Virus record (IMG/VR): IMGVR_UViG_3300037346_000623
Coordinates: 53,266 to 117,265 of that record
DNA length: 64,000 nucleotides
Reading direction: 5' to 3' (one strand)
From: a virus
Positions 60,715 to 64,000 of the stretch are shown one piece after another; within the stretch, counting starts at the first letter, position 1, and every line of letters starts with the position of its first letter. Below the pieces are notes generated by a model that was given only the letters and a program-made list of their open reading frames with translations, was not told the origin of the DNA and searched no databases. A program made the translations under genes and the position numbers.

Positions 60715-61038
60715 CTATCCCAGATCTTCCACAGTCAACATACCAGCAGGGATGATCTCTGGATGTAAGTCCATCACAGCATATCTAATAGGTCTCTCAC
60801 AATGATCACCATTGATAAACAGGATCTTTGCAACAGAGGAAGCAACAACAGCATCAATCTCCGCCTTGTCACAAGATGACATATCAACGATTGCAAGATT
60901 GCCCTCCTCTTCCATACTATGAATAATGTTCTGAACCTCTGCAGGGAAAGACTCTGTGCCCTCAATGATGATCAATCTGCTGCCACCTGATGTCTCCCAG
61001 TTAAAGTGGTTGTATGCCTCGTATACTTGAATGTGTTT
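60715..61038 (-). CDS. Hypothetical protein
   Basis: MKHIQVYEAY; late-like box upstream. Confidence 0.65.
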   Translation of the reverse strand, partial: KHIQVYEAYNHFNWETSGGSRLIIIEGTESFPAEVQNIIHSMEEEGNLAIVDMSSCDKAEIDAVVASSVAKILFINGDHCERPIRYAVMDLHPEIIPAGMLTVEDLG

Positions 61039-61362
61039 CATGAATAATTTTATTTTATTTGTTGACTTATATATTCAAGTTGACATTCAACTCCATGCAC
61101 CGCACCAAATAACCAAATCATCTGAGTCCCTATCCAGACGGAACAAACATGAGATCACTCCCACTAGAGCACAACCAAAAAATAAGACACGCAAAAAAAA
61201 ATTGAGAGGGTTCTTCTAACATGCATACTTGTCCGCTAATGCATCAAATCCGGAATAACATAATAACAGATGTCATAAACATTATCGTCTAGCAACACAC
61301 AGTATACACACTCCATGGAACAAACCCACTATGGAAAATAAGTAATGAGTAGGACTTCACTA

Positions 61363-61520
61363 TTGGATAGACTTGGATAGACTTGGATAGACTTGGATGG
61401 ATAAGTCTTCTGGTTGTCTTCTGGTTGTCTTCTGGTTGTCTTCTGGTTGTCTTCTGGTTGTCTTCTGGTTGTCTTCTGGTTGTCTTCTGGTTGTCTTCTG
61501 GTTGTCTTCTGGTTGTCTTC
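61363..61520. repeat. 10-bp (ACTTGGATAG x~3.5) and 11-bp (GTCTTCTGGTT x10.5) tandem repeats
   Basis: Direct reading; the 11-mer array spans 61405-61520. Confidence 0.95.
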
Positions 61521-62035
61521 TTATGCAAACCGCTTAAGCGTTCTCACGGTGAACCCACTATGTCATACGCGAGGCCCCCTTAAATTGGTCCTCTAAATAA
61601 GGGTCCCCTACCTAAGATAACCCTCTCTTTTAAGAAATTAGGGGTCCCTTATAAGCGGTTTCCACCCCCCTCATAGACACTATATACGAGGGGGCTTCAT
61701 AGCCCCTACGAGGGACCCCGTTTTTACCCCCCTCCATAATATTGGAGGGGGGCTATATTTCACGGTGTCTTTGAAAAATGCAATCTAAAATTTTTGGAAT
61801 AAGATAGGGAATTCACCGCGGATGGCATGCTATGGAGATTTAGTTAAATGCATCAGGCTTAGCCTTTTACACCTCGGGTCACGCTTAAGCATTAAATAAG
61901 CATGTCTTTTGATCCAGCCACCGAGGGCCTCGGTGGTGCTCATGGTAATAATGTAAATTTGGGGTCACCCCACAAAAAGGGCCCAGGTTTCCCTGAGCCT
62001 CTTTCTGAGCTGTTCTGAGTGTAATTAAAACATGC

Positions 62036-62410
62036 TTATGGGATTTGGTAAGCACACCAGTTTACTCCGTTGGTGACCTCTTGACCATCTATTTTAATTG
62101 AACAATGAGCTGTGACGTGCACATCAGCCGCACCGTAGTTATTGGAGTTATCTATATCGTAACTCAGACCCATCGCGGTGATCACATCTTCTTTTTGAAC
62201 TTGGCATGTGATTTGGGATTGTGTCCACTTGATCTCTCCATTTGCACCGTTGACCCAGCATTGTGGAGAACCTCCTTTTATTGTGATTATGGCAGTGTGC
62301 TTCTCTGGGTTCACCTCGGTTTGTTCAGGTGTGCTACAAGAAGATAATAGAGAGATAGCAAAGAGAAGTGCTATCAGAAATAAAATTTTGGTAATGATTA
62401 ATTTTTTCAT
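62036..62410 (-). CDS. Lipoprotein
   Basis: Signal peptide with LSSC lipobox. Confidence 0.75.
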   Translation of the reverse strand: MKKLIITKILFLIALLFAISLLSSCSTPEQTEVNPEKHTAIITIKGGSPQCWVNGANGEIKWTQSQITCQVQKEDVITAMGLSYDIDNSNNYGAADVHVTAHCSIKIDGQEVTNGVNWCAYQIP

Positions 62411-62774
62411 GAGTGTTTATGTTTTAATTACAGAGCAAATATAACAAATTATTTTTGAATAAAAAAATTATATACACACTTTAACGATTAGTAACTTTAA
62501 CGCAGATAATTTTTTTATCTCGCAACTATGTCTTACTTTAGCTCTCTTGGGCTGATTTTGGAAAGTGCATAAATTCTGCAGATGAAGATTGGAAGACCAC
62601 CGATGGCCTCGGTGTTTCCCCTTTGTCTCTTCCTTATCTTCTTCTCTATCTTCTTTGTCTCTTCCTTATCTTCTTTCATCTCTTCACATCTCTTTATACC
62701 GATGGCGGCGGTGTTTAGTGCTTGCCCTGATTTTATACAATCTTTTATACAATAAAAGACCACAAAAAAAAGGC

Positions 62775-62942
62775 CTAAGCCTTTTCTGTGTTGTGTTGGT
62801 GGGTTTTAAGCTCCACATATTTGTGTGACCTCCAGTATTGTTTTTTTCTTCTTTGACATCCACTTGAACAGGAGCTAAGTAAAACTATGATTGCTAATAA
62901 TACTGAGAAGAAGATGGTTTTGGTTACTAATAATTTTTTCAT
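62775..62942 (-). CDS. 55-aa lipoprotein
   Basis: MKKLLVTKTIFFSVLLAIIVLLSSC..., signal peptide similar to that of 62036-62410. Confidence 0.65.
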   Translation of the reverse strand: MKKLLVTKTIFFSVLLAIIVLLSSCSSGCQRRKKQYWRSHKYVELKTHQHNTEKA

Positions 62943-63232
62943 ATGTTTAAGTTTTAATTACTCTGTAAATATAATAAAAATAGTTTGGTATCGAATGATA
63001 GTAAACGTTAAAATTCAAAACAATTTTTAAAGGCTAGATACCAGGTAGATCCTATCTTACCGATGCCGCCGGTGGAGAGCATCTGGATATTGCAGCTGGC
63101 ATCTGATGGAGCAGCTGGAAACACCGTTGTCCCCGGTGGGTACAGGGATGACCCTAAAACATGTCAGGTGAATTCAATGTCCATAAAAAAAGAGGCCAAA
63201 GCCTCTTGATTATACCGTTGATGAATTAGTTG

Positions 63233-63418
63233 TTATCTAAATGTTACTCTTATAACTTGTTTGTGACCTGAATGGTAAGAATCGCCAAACACCGTTGTGC
63301 CCATGAAAGGACAATGTTTAATATTACCTGAACAGACTGTATGATCAGCACCGTCGTGAAATATGACATCCCCAGGTTCTATGCTGGAGATGTTTACTTT
63401 ATTAATTATACGATTCAT
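63233..63418 (-). CDS. Small phage protein
   Basis: I..GD...H.G...TVC..NIK...FMG.T.FGDSY. Confidence 0.7.
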   Translation of the reverse strand: MNRIINKVNISSIEPGDVIFHDGADHTVCSGNIKHCPFMGTTVFGDSYHSGHKQVIRVTFR

Positions 63419-63420
63419 TA

Positions 63421-63597
63421 TTATTTACTTTCCCCGACGGTTTCCACCTTGTTGAGTGTTCTTATTTTATTCATTATACCAGCAGTTAATCTCTTACAAT
63501 ATTCACCGTAGTCTTGTTGGCTTCTTCCTATACAAGCTGCGTTCTCTAGTGACATTAGAATTTCTAATTCTAATTGTTTTTCTTGTGGTTCGGTCAT
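63421..63597 (-). CDS. Hypothetical 58-aa protein
   Basis: Hand-translated MTEPQEKQLELE..., coupled to the next gene. Confidence 0.55.
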   Translation of the reverse strand: MTEPQEKQLELEILMSLENAACIGRSQQDYGEYCKRLTAGIMNKIRTLNKVETVGESK

Positions 63598-63809
63598 GAT
63601 TATAATTTATAAAATGTTATAAATGCAGGAATGAATACGTCTAGGATTTTAAATGAATGAATCATTATCCAGTAATCACCGGCGATTCTTTTTGGTGTAA
63701 AGTTTCTTTTTCTTAATGTTATATTTTTCATAATTGGTTTGTTTTAATTACTAAGCAAATATAATGAATAATAACTATTCTTCGACGATAAAATCCGTTA
63801 AAGTTTTCA

Positions 63810-64000
63810 CGACGGTGTAAAGCAACTTACCCTGCATTACCCTGCATTTGAACAAGTATCCGATAAGACATGTTATGAATCAAAAAAGCATACACACCGT
63901 CGACCGACGGTGTAAAGCAACTTACCCTGCATTACCCTGCATTTGAACAAGTATCCGATAAGACATGTTATGAATCAAAAAAGCATACACACCGTCGACC
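63810..64000. repeat. 95-bp tandem repeat (two copies, may continue)
   Basis: Units at 63810 and 63905, each with CGACGGTGT...ACACCGTCG ends. Confidence 0.95.

Larger units (their letters stand above)
61919..63138. promoter_or_regulatory. Five dispersed YACCG-N7-CGGTG palindromes
   Basis: At 61919, 62598, 62697, 63058, 63122. Confidence 0.6.

Noticed and set aside
61289-61596. ORFs with repeated peptides
   Set aside because: By-products of the stop-free 11-bp repeat in several frames

Overview
AT-rich, almost entirely minus-strand segment of a large T4-like (jumbo) myovirus. Promoters carrying the TAnnTTTG -7 box point to a Bacteroidota host (inference). In order: tail sheath, terminase, neck and tail-completion genes; gp46/gp47 nuclease, gp41 helicase and UvsX; a GDP-fucose and glycosyltransferase cluster; ClpC; tail-fibre-like genes; a ~16 kb RNA island (33.5-49.5 kb); small late genes, a sigma-70 factor and a repeat-rich end. 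The island holds ~28 tRNAs, several aberrant tRNA-like RNAs, closed-stem ncRNAs, a Ro60/TROVE gene and four Y-RNA-like genes. The most notable signal is two unannotated leader-peptide/terminator/antiterminator units (36596-36744 and 48141-48338). Each heads a tRNA array, and the codons of each leader match the anticodons of its own array. This looks like a tRNA-depletion-sensing attenuator that switches on phage tRNAs on demand. Also notable: Y RNAs whose tRNA module is attached in three circular permutations, and three 8-codon TAG-ended uORF/hairpin switches. All calls come from reading the sequence by eye; no searches were run.
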